Assembly: GCA_031546905.1 (NCBI GenBank)
Contig: JAVBJQ010000001.1
Coordinates: 129,104 to 193,103 of the forward strand
Origin: Eubacteriales bacterium
Lineage (GTDB): Bacteria; Bacillota; Clostridia; Lachnospirales; JAVBJQ01
Direction: 5' to 3'
DNA: 64,000 nucleotides
Part shown: piece by piece, positions 29,215 to 37,017 of the stretch
Layout of the letters: the number at the start of each line of letters is the position of its first letter
How positions within the stretch are numbered: position 1 is the stretch's first letter
Notes under the pieces: model-generated
What the model was told of the DNA's origin: nothing
What the model saw: the letters and a program-made list of their open reading frames with translations, nothing else
The model's database searches: none
Translations under genes and position numbers: made by a program

Positions 29215-29334
29215 AAAAAAAACTGTATTACTTTTAAAATAGAACCTATGTCTTTAAGATATATGATTAAGGAATAATCAAAATGATTACCTTAACAATA
29301 ATAGGTTCTACTTTAAGGGTCTTACAGTTTTTTT
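29215..29334. terminator. 120-nt extended imperfect palindrome acting as a convergent terminator (recombinase 1 / fliB)
   Basis: The 34-nt arm AAAAAAACTGTATTACTTTTAAAATAGAACCTAT (29215-29248) faces ATAGGTTCTACTTTAAGGGTCTTACAGTTTTTTT (29301-29334). A nested hairpin TTAAGGAATAATCA/TGATTACCTTAA lies at 29267-29295. Confidence 0.6.
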
Positions 29335-29371
29335 ATTATTTCAAATTTAGGTGTAATCAAATTTATGTAGG

Positions 29372-30571
29372 TTAAAGAAGATAAACAAGCATGGCTAAAT
29401 CAATGGTTTCGTCATTTTTACAAATATTTTCAATTTGGGTCATTGCTATTTTAGAGTGATTGATTCGGCGGTAGAAATAATAAATACAACTTAAAATATC
29501 TTCATCATTTAAACGACTGCTTTTGTGGTAAATGGATGTTATAAAAAGTTGTAGAAATAAAAATTTTGAGATAAGTGCTTTATAAGCTAAATATAAATTG
29601 TCATAGCCGTAGGGAAATCGAGTAACAAAAACTTCGTTCACCAAATAATTTTCAAATACGTACTCATTTTTTTTCATATATTCATCAAATAAATTTTTCT
29701 TTATTTTATTTAAATCTCTTCCACTTAAATTATCCATTTGCTCATAAAGCTGATGAAGTCGGTCATAAAAATTTGGATTTGAATCGGCTTTTTCAGGTTT
29801 GATAATGGTTTTAATGACTGTCAATATATTGTGGTATACGATGTTACGAATATCAGAATTAACATTTAACTTTTCTTTCATTCCTTTTAAAAGGTCGGCG
29901 TTATCCATTTGACGTTCATAAAAATCTAATTTTTTGAATAAATCATTTTCATAGTCCCCTACAATAGAAACTTTCGAAAGCCCTCTCATGGTTACTCCTA
30001 AATAAATAAGGCGGTCTAACAGGGAATAGTTTCTATTTTGCAATATTTTGGAAAGGACACTACGAATTTCAAAACAAATTTTTTCATTTAAAATAGTTTT
30101 TTTTGATTTGCTTTCTTTTATCATGGTCTCCGTTCTTGTGAAATTCCGAAAAGCCAAGCCCGCCTTGTCGAATAGAAGCAGTTTTGTAACTTCTGGACAA
30201 GACAATCCTAGATGAAGCTCACTGACATCATTAAATAAAGTTTGCCCACGAGGATACGTTTTGCAAGTGGCACATAAATAATCAGCACCAAGGTTTTTAT
30301 GAATTTTACATAGCCCATCGGTGTCCTGCATGGTGCAGTAGCCATCCGCTGTAGCTTTAAATGTTTGTATCTTGTCCTCTTGTTCATAGATTGATTGGCG
30401 CAGTTCGTCGCCAAAAACCCCTTCTATTTCTGTATAACGATTATAAGTATCACGGTCTATGGTAATTGTCCAAGTAGAGATACGACAGCATTTATCTAAG
30501 CAAGCGCTTCCCGTACATTGAAACAAAGTATATTTTTCATAAGTAATGCCATGTCTTTGTGAGGTTGTCAT
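29372..30571 (-). CDS. fliB: flagellin lysine-N-methylase FliB-family protein
   Basis: Cys cluster FQCTGSACLDKCC, then GYCTMQDTDGLCKIHKNLG...CATCKTYPR and LGLSCPEVTKLL. This is colinear with Salmonella FliB as I recall it, and the gene lies immediately downstream of flagellin. Confidence 0.8.
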   Translation of the reverse strand: MTTSQRHGITYEKYTLFQCTGSACLDKCCRISTWTITIDRDTYNRYTEIEGVFGDELRQSIYEQEDKIQTFKATADGYCTMQDTDGLCKIHKNLGADYLCATCKTYPRGQTLFNDVSELHLGLSCPEVTKLLLFDKAGLAFRNFTRTETMIKESKSKKTILNEKICFEIRSVLSKILQNRNYSLLDRLIYLGVTMRGLSKVSIVGDYENDLFKKLDFYERQMDNADLLKGMKEKLNVNSDIRNIVYHNILTVIKTIIKPEKADSNPNFYDRLHQLYEQMDNLSGRDLNKIKKNLFDEYMKKNEYVFENYLVNEVFVTRFPYGYDNLYLAYKALISKFLFLQLFITSIYHKSSRLNDEDILSCIYYFYRRINHSKIAMTQIENICKNDETIDLAMLVYLL

Positions 30572-30601
30572 GATAAGGCTCCTTTTGTGTAATTAAAATT
30601 G

Positions 30602-30640
30602 AAAAACGTGTGAACTGCTGTACGCTGTTCACACGTTTTT
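30602..30640 (-). terminator. intrinsic terminator after fliC
   Basis: AAAAACGTGTGAAC-tgctgtacgc-TGTTCACACGTTTTT. It lies only ~30 nt upstream of the fliB start. Confidence 0.75.
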
Positions 30641-30669
30641 GTTGGCCGTACGTTTTAAAAACGATTTGT

Positions 30670-32436
30670 TTATCTTAAAAGTTGTAATACGTTTTGAGGA
30701 GCTTGATTAGCTTGCGCAAGCATAGAAGTTGCAGCTTGTGAAAGCACGTTTGATTTTGTAAAACTCATCATTTCTTTTGCCATATCAGTATCACGAATAC
30801 GAGATTCAGCAGAAGAAAGATTTTCGGAAGCAACATCCAAGTTTTTAATGGTGTGCTCTAAACGGTTTTGGTATGCGCCAAGTTTAGCACGTTGTTGAGA
30901 CACTTGTTCAAGGGCATTGTCAAGCACTTTGGTAACAGCTGATATTTGTTCTCCACGAGTTTGACTAGTAGAAGAAGAAGTACCAGGAGTTATTGTTGTA
31001 ACATCTTTCGTAGTTTCGGTATCTACAGTGCCATCAACTACGCTAGCGGACATTGTAAGGTCATTTTTTGCAGTTGATTTAAATGAAAATGTATTACCAT
31101 CATTCATTGTTACAGTAACCCCTGCTAGCTTCCAAGCTTCAATTTCATGGGTACCTGTTGTGATTGATTTTAAAATTTCATCATTTGACGCTGGTCCACC
31201 AGAAGCGCCATCCGCTCCACCAGTAATAGAAGCAATGTCAGCAGCATCAATATTAGCAAATGTAATCACAGAATCATCAGAAGAAGTTGCACCTGCAGTT
31301 TTAACCGAGATAGTTTTGTTACTACCACCAGTAGTAAGTGATGAACCACCTGAAAATTCAGACTCTCCAAGGGTTAGGTTGACCCCGTTATCGTCGGCGT
31401 TCATATCTTGATCTCCAGCACCGAAAGGAGAAGTCATTTTACCGACTTGCAACTCACCAGTTGAGGAGATTCCAATAGAAACCCCACCAAAGTTTGCAAT
31501 TGCTTTACCGCCACCACCAGTACTTTCGATGGTGTTGCTTAAATCAGAGAGGAGTTGCTCTTTTGTGTAAGTTCCAGCTGCTAATGTTACATCAGGATTA
31601 TCACTAGGATCATCAGCAACATCGCCATCAGATTTATAGCTTTTAAAGGTCATACTACTACTAATCGTAAGCTTGCCATCTGCTTCAATGGTAAATGAAC
31701 CAGCATTCGTTGTAATTTTTGTAGTTCCGTTTGCTTGAGCAGTACCTAACGCATATTGGGAATCTCCTTTATCAGCAGCAGCCCCCCCAACAGTCGCTGC
31801 AAGTGCTAATGTACCTGGTGTTGTAACAGATTTTGTTGTTGAAGTACCTGCTGTGGTGGTGGTAGTAGTGGTAGGAGCTACCTTGCCAGAAATAACATCT
31901 CCAATAGCCACTTGATCTACCCCTAAAGATTTTGCATTCATACCTTGAATGTTAAAACTCATTCCCTGGTCTTTATTGGCACCAGTTTGAAGATAAAGTT
32001 TAGAATTTTTCCAGCTACCATCAATTAATTTTTTGGTATTAAATTCAGTTTTAGAAGCGATACCGTCAATTTCTGTGGACAATTCGTTAAGTTCTAACGC
32101 AATTTTACCTCTGTCGTCTTCGGTAATCGTGTCGTTAGAGGCTTGCACAGTTAATTCTCTCATACGTTGAATAATGCTATGTGTTTCTGAAAGCGCACCT
32201 TCTGCTGTTTGAATTAAGCTGATACCATCTTGTGCATTTTTAGAAGCTTGGTCTAGCCCTCTAACTTGTGAACGCATTTTTTCAGAAATCGCAAGGCCGG
32301 CTGCATCATCTGCTGCACGGTTAATACGTAAACCACTTGATAACCTTTCCGATGCTCTTGCTTGGCTATCACCTACAACTTTTAAAGATCTTTGACTGTT
32401 TAAAGCTAATGTGTTTGTGTTAATTACTGTACTCAT
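30670..32436 (-). CDS. fliC: flagellin (588 aa, large hypervariable central domain)
   Basis: Conserved N-terminus (INTNTLALNSQRSL...LSSGLRINRAADDAAGLAISEKM) and C-terminus (LGAYQNRLEHTI...AESRIRDTDMAKEMMSFTKSNVLSQAATSMLAQANQAPQNVLQLLR). The middle is rich in Thr, Gly and Ser. Confidence 0.95.
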   Translation of the reverse strand: MSTVINTNTLALNSQRSLKVVGDSQARASERLSSGLRINRAADDAAGLAISEKMRSQVRGLDQASKNAQDGISLIQTAEGALSETHSIIQRMRELTVQASNDTITEDDRGKIALELNELSTEIDGIASKTEFNTKKLIDGSWKNSKLYLQTGANKDQGMSFNIQGMNAKSLGVDQVAIGDVISGKVAPTTTTTTTAGTSTTKSVTTPGTLALAATVGGAAADKGDSQYALGTAQANGTTKITTNAGSFTIEADGKLTISSSMTFKSYKSDGDVADDPSDNPDVTLAAGTYTKEQLLSDLSNTIESTGGGGKAIANFGGVSIGISSTGELQVGKMTSPFGAGDQDMNADDNGVNLTLGESEFSGGSSLTTGGSNKTISVKTAGATSSDDSVITFANIDAADIASITGGADGASGGPASNDEILKSITTGTHEIEAWKLAGVTVTMNDGNTFSFKSTAKNDLTMSASVVDGTVDTETTKDVTTITPGTSSSTSQTRGEQISAVTKVLDNALEQVSQQRAKLGAYQNRLEHTIKNLDVASENLSSAESRIRDTDMAKEMMSFTKSNVLSQAATSMLAQANQAPQNVLQLLR

Positions 32437-32547
32437 ATTAATTCATCCTTCCATTGATGTTTAGGGTCATCCTTTTCCCTTTTAAATAGTTTTTATATTT
32501 ATTTAAACCAAAGTCGGCCTTAACTTTTGGTCAAAATATCAAAATAG

Positions 32548-32733
32548 TTAGACTGCAGTTTCCTCTGCAGTGTGTAAGTTTCGGTCAATAACCGACTCAC
32601 GCAAAATGTTGTAAGACATAGGGGCTTGGATCCCCATACTAATTTGACCACTGCCAGCATCTTTTACATACTTGACAATAATGTCATCTCCGATTTTTAC
32701 ATAGGTTCCTTCTTTTACAGTTAGTGTTAACAT
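32548..32733 (-). CDS. csrA: CsrA-family RNA-binding protein (divergent, 61 aa)
   Basis: MLTLTVKEGTYVKIGDDIIV....GQISMGIQAPMSYNILRESV matches the CsrA fold pattern (MLxLxRK..e...IGd.i.i.v.....g.vrlGI.AP..v.i.R.E). GGAGGG RBS. Located directly upstream of fliC. Confidence 0.75.
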   Translation of the reverse strand: MLTLTVKEGTYVKIGDDIIVKYVKDAGSGQISMGIQAPMSYNILRESVIDRNLHTAEETAV

Positions 32734-32866
32734 AATAAACCCTCCTTGATTTCTCTCTCATATCCTTTTAAAGGCACAATGTAACATTCTGTATAGATTG
32801 TTTCATATTTTTAAGAAATGTAGAGGGGTTTCTGTGTCTTTTGTTACAAAAAGGAGAATGATGAAT

Positions 32867-33445
32867 ATGAGTACCAGCGAACCAATTAGAAGCATTGAGC
32901 AAATTGAACTGTTAGCCGACTATTATTTAGCAAAACATAATTACAGAAACTATGCCTTAATTGTGTCAGGATTGCATACAGCACTGAGAATTAGCGACTT
33001 GCTTAGTTTGAAATGGGGAAATGTATATAATGTAAGAAGTGGGGTAATGAAGGAATATTTGACGCTCACGGAACAAAAGACAGGAAAAAAAAATAAAATA
33101 AGATTGAATACAAAAATTGTACAAGCCTTAACAAAATTTAAAAATAATATTGGGGAAGTAAATGAAGATTCCTATATTTTTAAAAGCCAGAAGGGCGGGA
33201 ATACGCCAATTACAAGGGTACAAGCCTATAAAATTATTAAGAAAGCAGTCAATGAGCTTTCCCTACAAGGAAATGTAAGTTGCCATTCACTCCGAAAAAC
33301 TTTTGGGTACTGGGCGTGGAAAAGTGGTGTGCAAGTTCCTGTTATTATGGATATTTATAATCATTCTTCTTTTGACATAACCAAAAGATATTTGTGTATT
33401 TCACAGGAAGATAAGGATGACGTGTTTAACAATGTAAAATATTAA
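32867..33445 (+). CDS. small tyrosine recombinase (catalytic domain only, 192 aa), paralog 2
   Basis: A gapless hand alignment with the 28630-29208 product gives 95/192 identical residues. The same candidate catalytic motifs are present (HTALRISD, CHSLRKTFGY, YNHSS, ITKRYL). AGGAG lies upstream of ATG 32867, and the track's longer N-terminus has no support. Confidence 0.85.
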   Translation: MSTSEPIRSIEQIELLADYYLAKHNYRNYALIVSGLHTALRISDLLSLKWGNVYNVRSGVMKEYLTLTEQKTGKKNKIRLNTKIVQALTKFKNNIGEVNEDSYIFKSQKGGNTPITRVQAYKIIKKAVNELSLQGNVSCHSLRKTFGYWAWKSGVQVPVIMDIYNHSSFDITKRYLCISQEDKDDVFNNVKY

Positions 33446-33572
33446 AATATTATTTGAGTCTATGAGCCAACTTCACAGGTATTAAACAATGATATGAAAA
33501 TAAATAAAAATTTTTTTCAAAAAAGTGTTAAGTTATTTTTTGTTATGACGATAAATAACTCAGAAGGCAAAA

Positions 33573-33607
33573 AAGGAAACATTTTATACAAAATGTTTCC
33601 TTTTTTA
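33573..33607 (+). terminator. intrinsic terminator downstream of recombinase 2
   Basis: AAGGAAACATTTT-ataca-AAAATGTTTCCTT followed by TTTTT. Confidence 0.75.
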
Positions 33608-33879
33608 TTGTGAGTTTCATAACGTTGCACAATAACTTATTTGTTTTTTTGTATAAAATTACCAAATGAATTAAAACAACTTATTGGTGTTCTTATAATA
33701 GGTTATCCATCTATTTTTTATTTATAGCAGTTCACTTTTCGTCAGCGAAAATTTTTTAAGGCTTGCCAATTTATTTTATTGGCAGGCCTTACATTTTGGA
33801 AAATTCAATTCCGCCTTTGTCGTGGAATTTCTTTGTGGTGTGTGGTATATTTGTTTTGAAAAAATGAAACATTACCTTC

Positions 33880-35004
33880 ATGTTCATGGATATACAAGAA
33901 AAGAAAGATGTGATCATTATTTTGTACGCTTCGATAGATAAGAAAAAAACAAAACGCCTCGTCTTGGCGTTATTAGATTGGTATGAGAAAAACAAAAGAG
34001 ATTTGCCATGGCGAAGGATAAAAAATCCGTATGCCGTTTGGGTATCGGAAATCATGGCACAACAAACAAAAATTGCCACGGTGATTCCTTATTATAATCG
34101 GTTCATGGAACTTTTCCCTACGGTGGAAGCGTTAGCAACTGCTCATGGGGATGATGTGTTAAAAGCATGGGAAGGTCTTGGATATTATTCACGGGCAAAA
34201 AATTTACAAAAAGCAGCTCAAAAAGTAGTCAGTGAGTTTGATGGGAAAATTCCATCCACCATGAAACAAATAATAAGCCTTCCGGGAATCGGAGAATATA
34301 CAGCGGGAGCTATTTTGAGTATTTGTTTTGGGCAAGCTGTTCCAGCGGTGGATGGAAATGTTTTACGGGTTTTTGCAAGGCTGGAAAATAATGAAATGGA
34401 TATTTCGTTGCCAGTAACAAAAACAATGTTAACAGCATATATAAGCGAACTGATTCCAAAAAATCGGGCAGGAGATTTTACACAAGCAGTTATGGAATTG
34501 GGTGCACTGATTTGTATTCCTAAAAATCCAGTTTGTGAGAGCTGTCCTGTGTCGGCATTTTGCAAAGCGTCTGCATTAGGCAGACAGCAATTACTTCCCG
34601 TTAAGTCAGCAAAACTTGCGCCAAAACATATAACAAAAACCATCCTGCTTATACAAGGAAGCAACGACAGACTTCTTATGCGACAGAGGACAGAAAAATT
34701 GCTAAACGGGTTATGGGAATTTTATGCAGTAGAGGAGCAATGGGAGCGGGCGGATGTAAAAAAATATATAGAGACATTGGGCGTAAATAGTGAAAACATT
34801 TTCTCTATTGGAAAAATAAATCATACATTTACCCACATGGTTTGGGAAATGGAAGGATTTTTTTGTGACGTGGGAGAAATGCCTACCCCAGAAGGCTACA
34901 CTTGGATTTTAAAAGATCAAATAAAGTCGCTGGCCATTCCCACAGCCATGCAGTTTTTTGTCCAATATATAATGGGAGAGCGGGACGTACAAATTCAATT
35001 GTAA
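33880..35004 (+). CDS. mutY: A/G-specific adenine DNA glycosylase
   Basis: LLDWYEKNKRDLPWR, HhH-GPD region (LPGIGEYTAGAI), Fe-S Cys cluster (C..C..C.....C), and a C-terminal NUDIX-like domain. The start is uncertain within the first ~3 codons. Confidence 0.9.
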   Translation: MFMDIQEKKDVIIILYASIDKKKTKRLVLALLDWYEKNKRDLPWRRIKNPYAVWVSEIMAQQTKIATVIPYYNRFMELFPTVEALATAHGDDVLKAWEGLGYYSRAKNLQKAAQKVVSEFDGKIPSTMKQIISLPGIGEYTAGAILSICFGQAVPAVDGNVLRVFARLENNEMDISLPVTKTMLTAYISELIPKNRAGDFTQAVMELGALICIPKNPVCESCPVSAFCKASALGRQQLLPVKSAKLAPKHITKTILLIQGSNDRLLMRQRTEKLLNGLWEFYAVEEQWERADVKKYIETLGVNSENIFSIGKINHTFTHMVWEMEGFFCDVGEMPTPEGYTWILKDQIKSLAIPTAMQFFVQYIMGERDVQIQL

Positions 35005-35124
35005 TATTGGTGGTTGAGAAATATTTAATTATTTTGACAATTTTTACAATAGATGATAAGCTTTATGATGAGACAATGTGAGTTTTTACTTGTGTTGGAC
35101 TATATTTTATTGGAGGTTGTTACT

Positions 35125-36075
35125 GTGCCAGACGTTATTACTGTCGGTGAAACTATGGTAATTTTCAATCCTTCGCATAAAGGTTATCTTAGATATGTTG
35201 ACGGTTTTACAAAAGGTATTGCAGGAGCAGAGGCAAATGTTGCTATTGGCTTGGCAAGGCTAGGACATAATTGCGGATATATTTCAAAAGTAGGCAACGA
35301 AGAATTTGGAAAATATATTTTGCGTGAATTAAAGTCTGACGGCGTTGATGTTTCGAGGGTAACGTATGACAGTAATTTGCAGACAGGTTTACTCTTTAAA
35401 GAAATGCTAGAGGGTGGCGACCCAAGAATTTATTACTACAGAAAAAATTCAGCCGCTACTAGCATGACATTTGAGGAACTTGACAAAGACTACATAAAAC
35501 AATGTAAAATTCTGCACCTCACTGGAATAACGCTAGCAATAAGCGAATCATGCAGGGATATGGTTAAAAAGCTTGTTAAGTTTGCAAAAGAAAATAATAT
35601 TTTAGTTAGTTTTGACCCAAATATTCGCTTGAAACTTTGGTCTAAAGAAGTAGCTCGTGAAACAATAAAAGAAATTTTACCTTATGTGGATATTATTTTC
35701 CCAGGGATTTCAGAAGGACAAATTTTATTTAACACTTCTGATGAAAATGAAATAATAAAGCATTGCCTTGATTTAGGAATTAAGACAGTTGTTTTAAAAG
35801 TAGGCATCAGAGGTTCTGTGATTGCTACAAAAGATGAATCTGTTTGTGTGGAAGCATATAGAAAGTTACCTGTTGTTGACACGGTAGGAGCAGGAGATGC
35901 TTTTGCAGCAGGTTTTATCGCAGGGCTTTTGGAAGAACGGAGTCTCACCGAATGTGGTAGATTAGGTGCTATTATGGGAGCGCTGGCGATCAGTGCTTTA
36001 GGTGACACCGAAGGAATTTTAGAAAAAAATGAAATCCTACATTTATTTCACGATGAGGAATACGAATCAAGATAG
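35125..36075 (+). CDS. PfkB-family sugar kinase (2-dehydro-3-deoxygluconokinase-like)
   Basis: ITVGETMVIFNP, GAEANVAIGLARLG and DTVGAGDAFAAGFIAGLL motifs. GTG 35125 lies 8 nt after GGAGG. Confidence 0.75.
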   Translation: MPDVITVGETMVIFNPSHKGYLRYVDGFTKGIAGAEANVAIGLARLGHNCGYISKVGNEEFGKYILRELKSDGVDVSRVTYDSNLQTGLLFKEMLEGGDPRIYYYRKNSAATSMTFEELDKDYIKQCKILHLTGITLAISESCRDMVKKLVKFAKENNILVSFDPNIRLKLWSKEVARETIKEILPYVDIIFPGISEGQILFNTSDENEIIKHCLDLGIKTVVLKVGIRGSVIATKDESVCVEAYRKLPVVDTVGAGDAFAAGFIAGLLEERSLTECGRLGAIMGALAISALGDTEGILEKNEILHLFHDEEYESR

Positions 36076-36245
36076 ACATGAAAAAAGGGCGAAAGCCTTT
36101 TTTTTATGTCTATTTATTTACCGTGAGTTGGGTAATTTTTATTTTGTCAGAAAGTTATACAATAAACTTATAATTTATTGTATAATTACAGTAGGTTAAC
36201 TTGTAAGAAGGAAAGCCATCAGACGGATAGAAAGGGTTGTAAGTT

Positions 36246-37007
36246 TTGAAAACAATACAACAAATAAAAAAAGAATTATCGGAACAACCAATGGAAAATT
36301 TAATGTTAGCTATTCAGGAGTATCAAGATGACACCAGAGAAGGTGTCAAAAAATTACGACTACAATTTGAAAAAAATGTTTCTGCTTATGAAAAAGAATT
36401 ACAAAGAATAGAAGCACTTTCTGTATATGAAAAAAAATATAGAGAGAAAGGCTACCAGTTCATTGGTGGAATTGATGAAGCTGGGCGTGGACCTTTGGCA
36501 GGACCAGTAGTTGCGGCGGCAGTTATTTTGCCTGTTGACTGTGATATATTATACTTGGATGATTCTAAAAAATTATCAGAGAAAAAAAGAAACCAATTAT
36601 TTGCTGAAATAAATGAAAAGGCAGTGGCTGTTTCTGTTGGTATCGTGGACCATGACGAAATTGATAGAATAAATATTTTGCAAGCAACCTATGTAGCCAT
36701 GCAAGAAGCCGTAAAAGGCTTGCCAATAAAACCTGACTGTTTACTGGTAGACGCGGTGACCATACCAAAAATAAATATAATACAAGAACCAATTATAAAA
36801 GGAGATGCAAAAAGTATTTCCATTGCGGCAGCTAGCATTATTGCAAAAGTCACCAGAGATGAAATCATGCTCCAATATGATCAGGAATATCCAGGGTACG
36901 GCTTTGCAGAACATAAAGGATATGGCACTCAAAAGCACATCCATGAAATTTTAAATTATGGATTATGTAAAATCCATAGAAGAACGTTTGTAAAAGGAAT
37001 TATATAG
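36246..37007 (+). CDS. rnhB: ribonuclease HII
   Basis: GIDEAGRGPLAGPVVAAAV..., DDSKKL, and the C-terminal GYG...H.... pattern. TTG start with the long Firmicute-type N-terminal extension. Confidence 0.9.
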   Translation: MKTIQQIKKELSEQPMENLMLAIQEYQDDTREGVKKLRLQFEKNVSAYEKELQRIEALSVYEKKYREKGYQFIGGIDEAGRGPLAGPVVAAAVILPVDCDILYLDDSKKLSEKKRNQLFAEINEKAVAVSVGIVDHDEIDRINILQATYVAMQEAVKGLPIKPDCLLVDAVTIPKINIIQEPIIKGDAKSISIAAASIIAKVTRDEIMLQYDQEYPGYGFAEHKGYGTQKHIHEILNYGLCKIHRRTFVKGII

Positions 37008-37017
37008 AGGTGTTTTT

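Noticed and set aside
31853-31873. Thr-codon triplet tract (ACC/ACT x7) in fliC as a slipped-strand phase-variation site
   Set aside because: The tract has triplet periodicity, so slippage keeps the frame. It is also too short and heterogeneous to be a contingency repeat.
32500-32547. Canonical sigmaD promoter for fliC
   Set aside because: A GCCGAC -10-like box is present (rc of 32513-32518), but there is no TAAA-like -35 element at 15-16 nt. I cannot place the fliC promoter confidently, and fliC may be co-transcribed with csrA.
32437-32866. Invertible promoter switch for csrA-fliC (FimS or C. difficile flg-switch style)
   Set aside because: I looked for inverted repeats flanking the csrA and fliC upstream regions and between these and the island borders. 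I found only 7-9 nt matches (for example AATGTAACA at 32779 versus the rc of 28430, and AGTCGG at 32511 versus 32592), which is not above chance in AT-rich DNA. A switch may exist elsewhere, but it is not demonstrable from this sequence.
34218-34664. Antisense or shadow ORFs inside well-supported genes. Examples: 1584-1925, 3198-3407, 4771-4986, 13846-14181, 15894-16181, 27084-27338, 31028-31411, 34218-34664, 35682-36008, 43591-44049, 49865-50314, 52277-52618, 63549-63848.
   Set aside because: Each lies fully within a gene with strong family motifs on the other strand or frame. None has an RBS, and their compositions are typical of frame shadows.
36155-36185. Perfect 12-bp inverted repeat TTATACAATAAA/TTTATTGTATAA upstream of rnhB as a regulatory operator
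   Set aside because: It is all A/T, overlaps two TATAAT-like hexamers, and could simply be promoter sequence. There is no second line of evidence.
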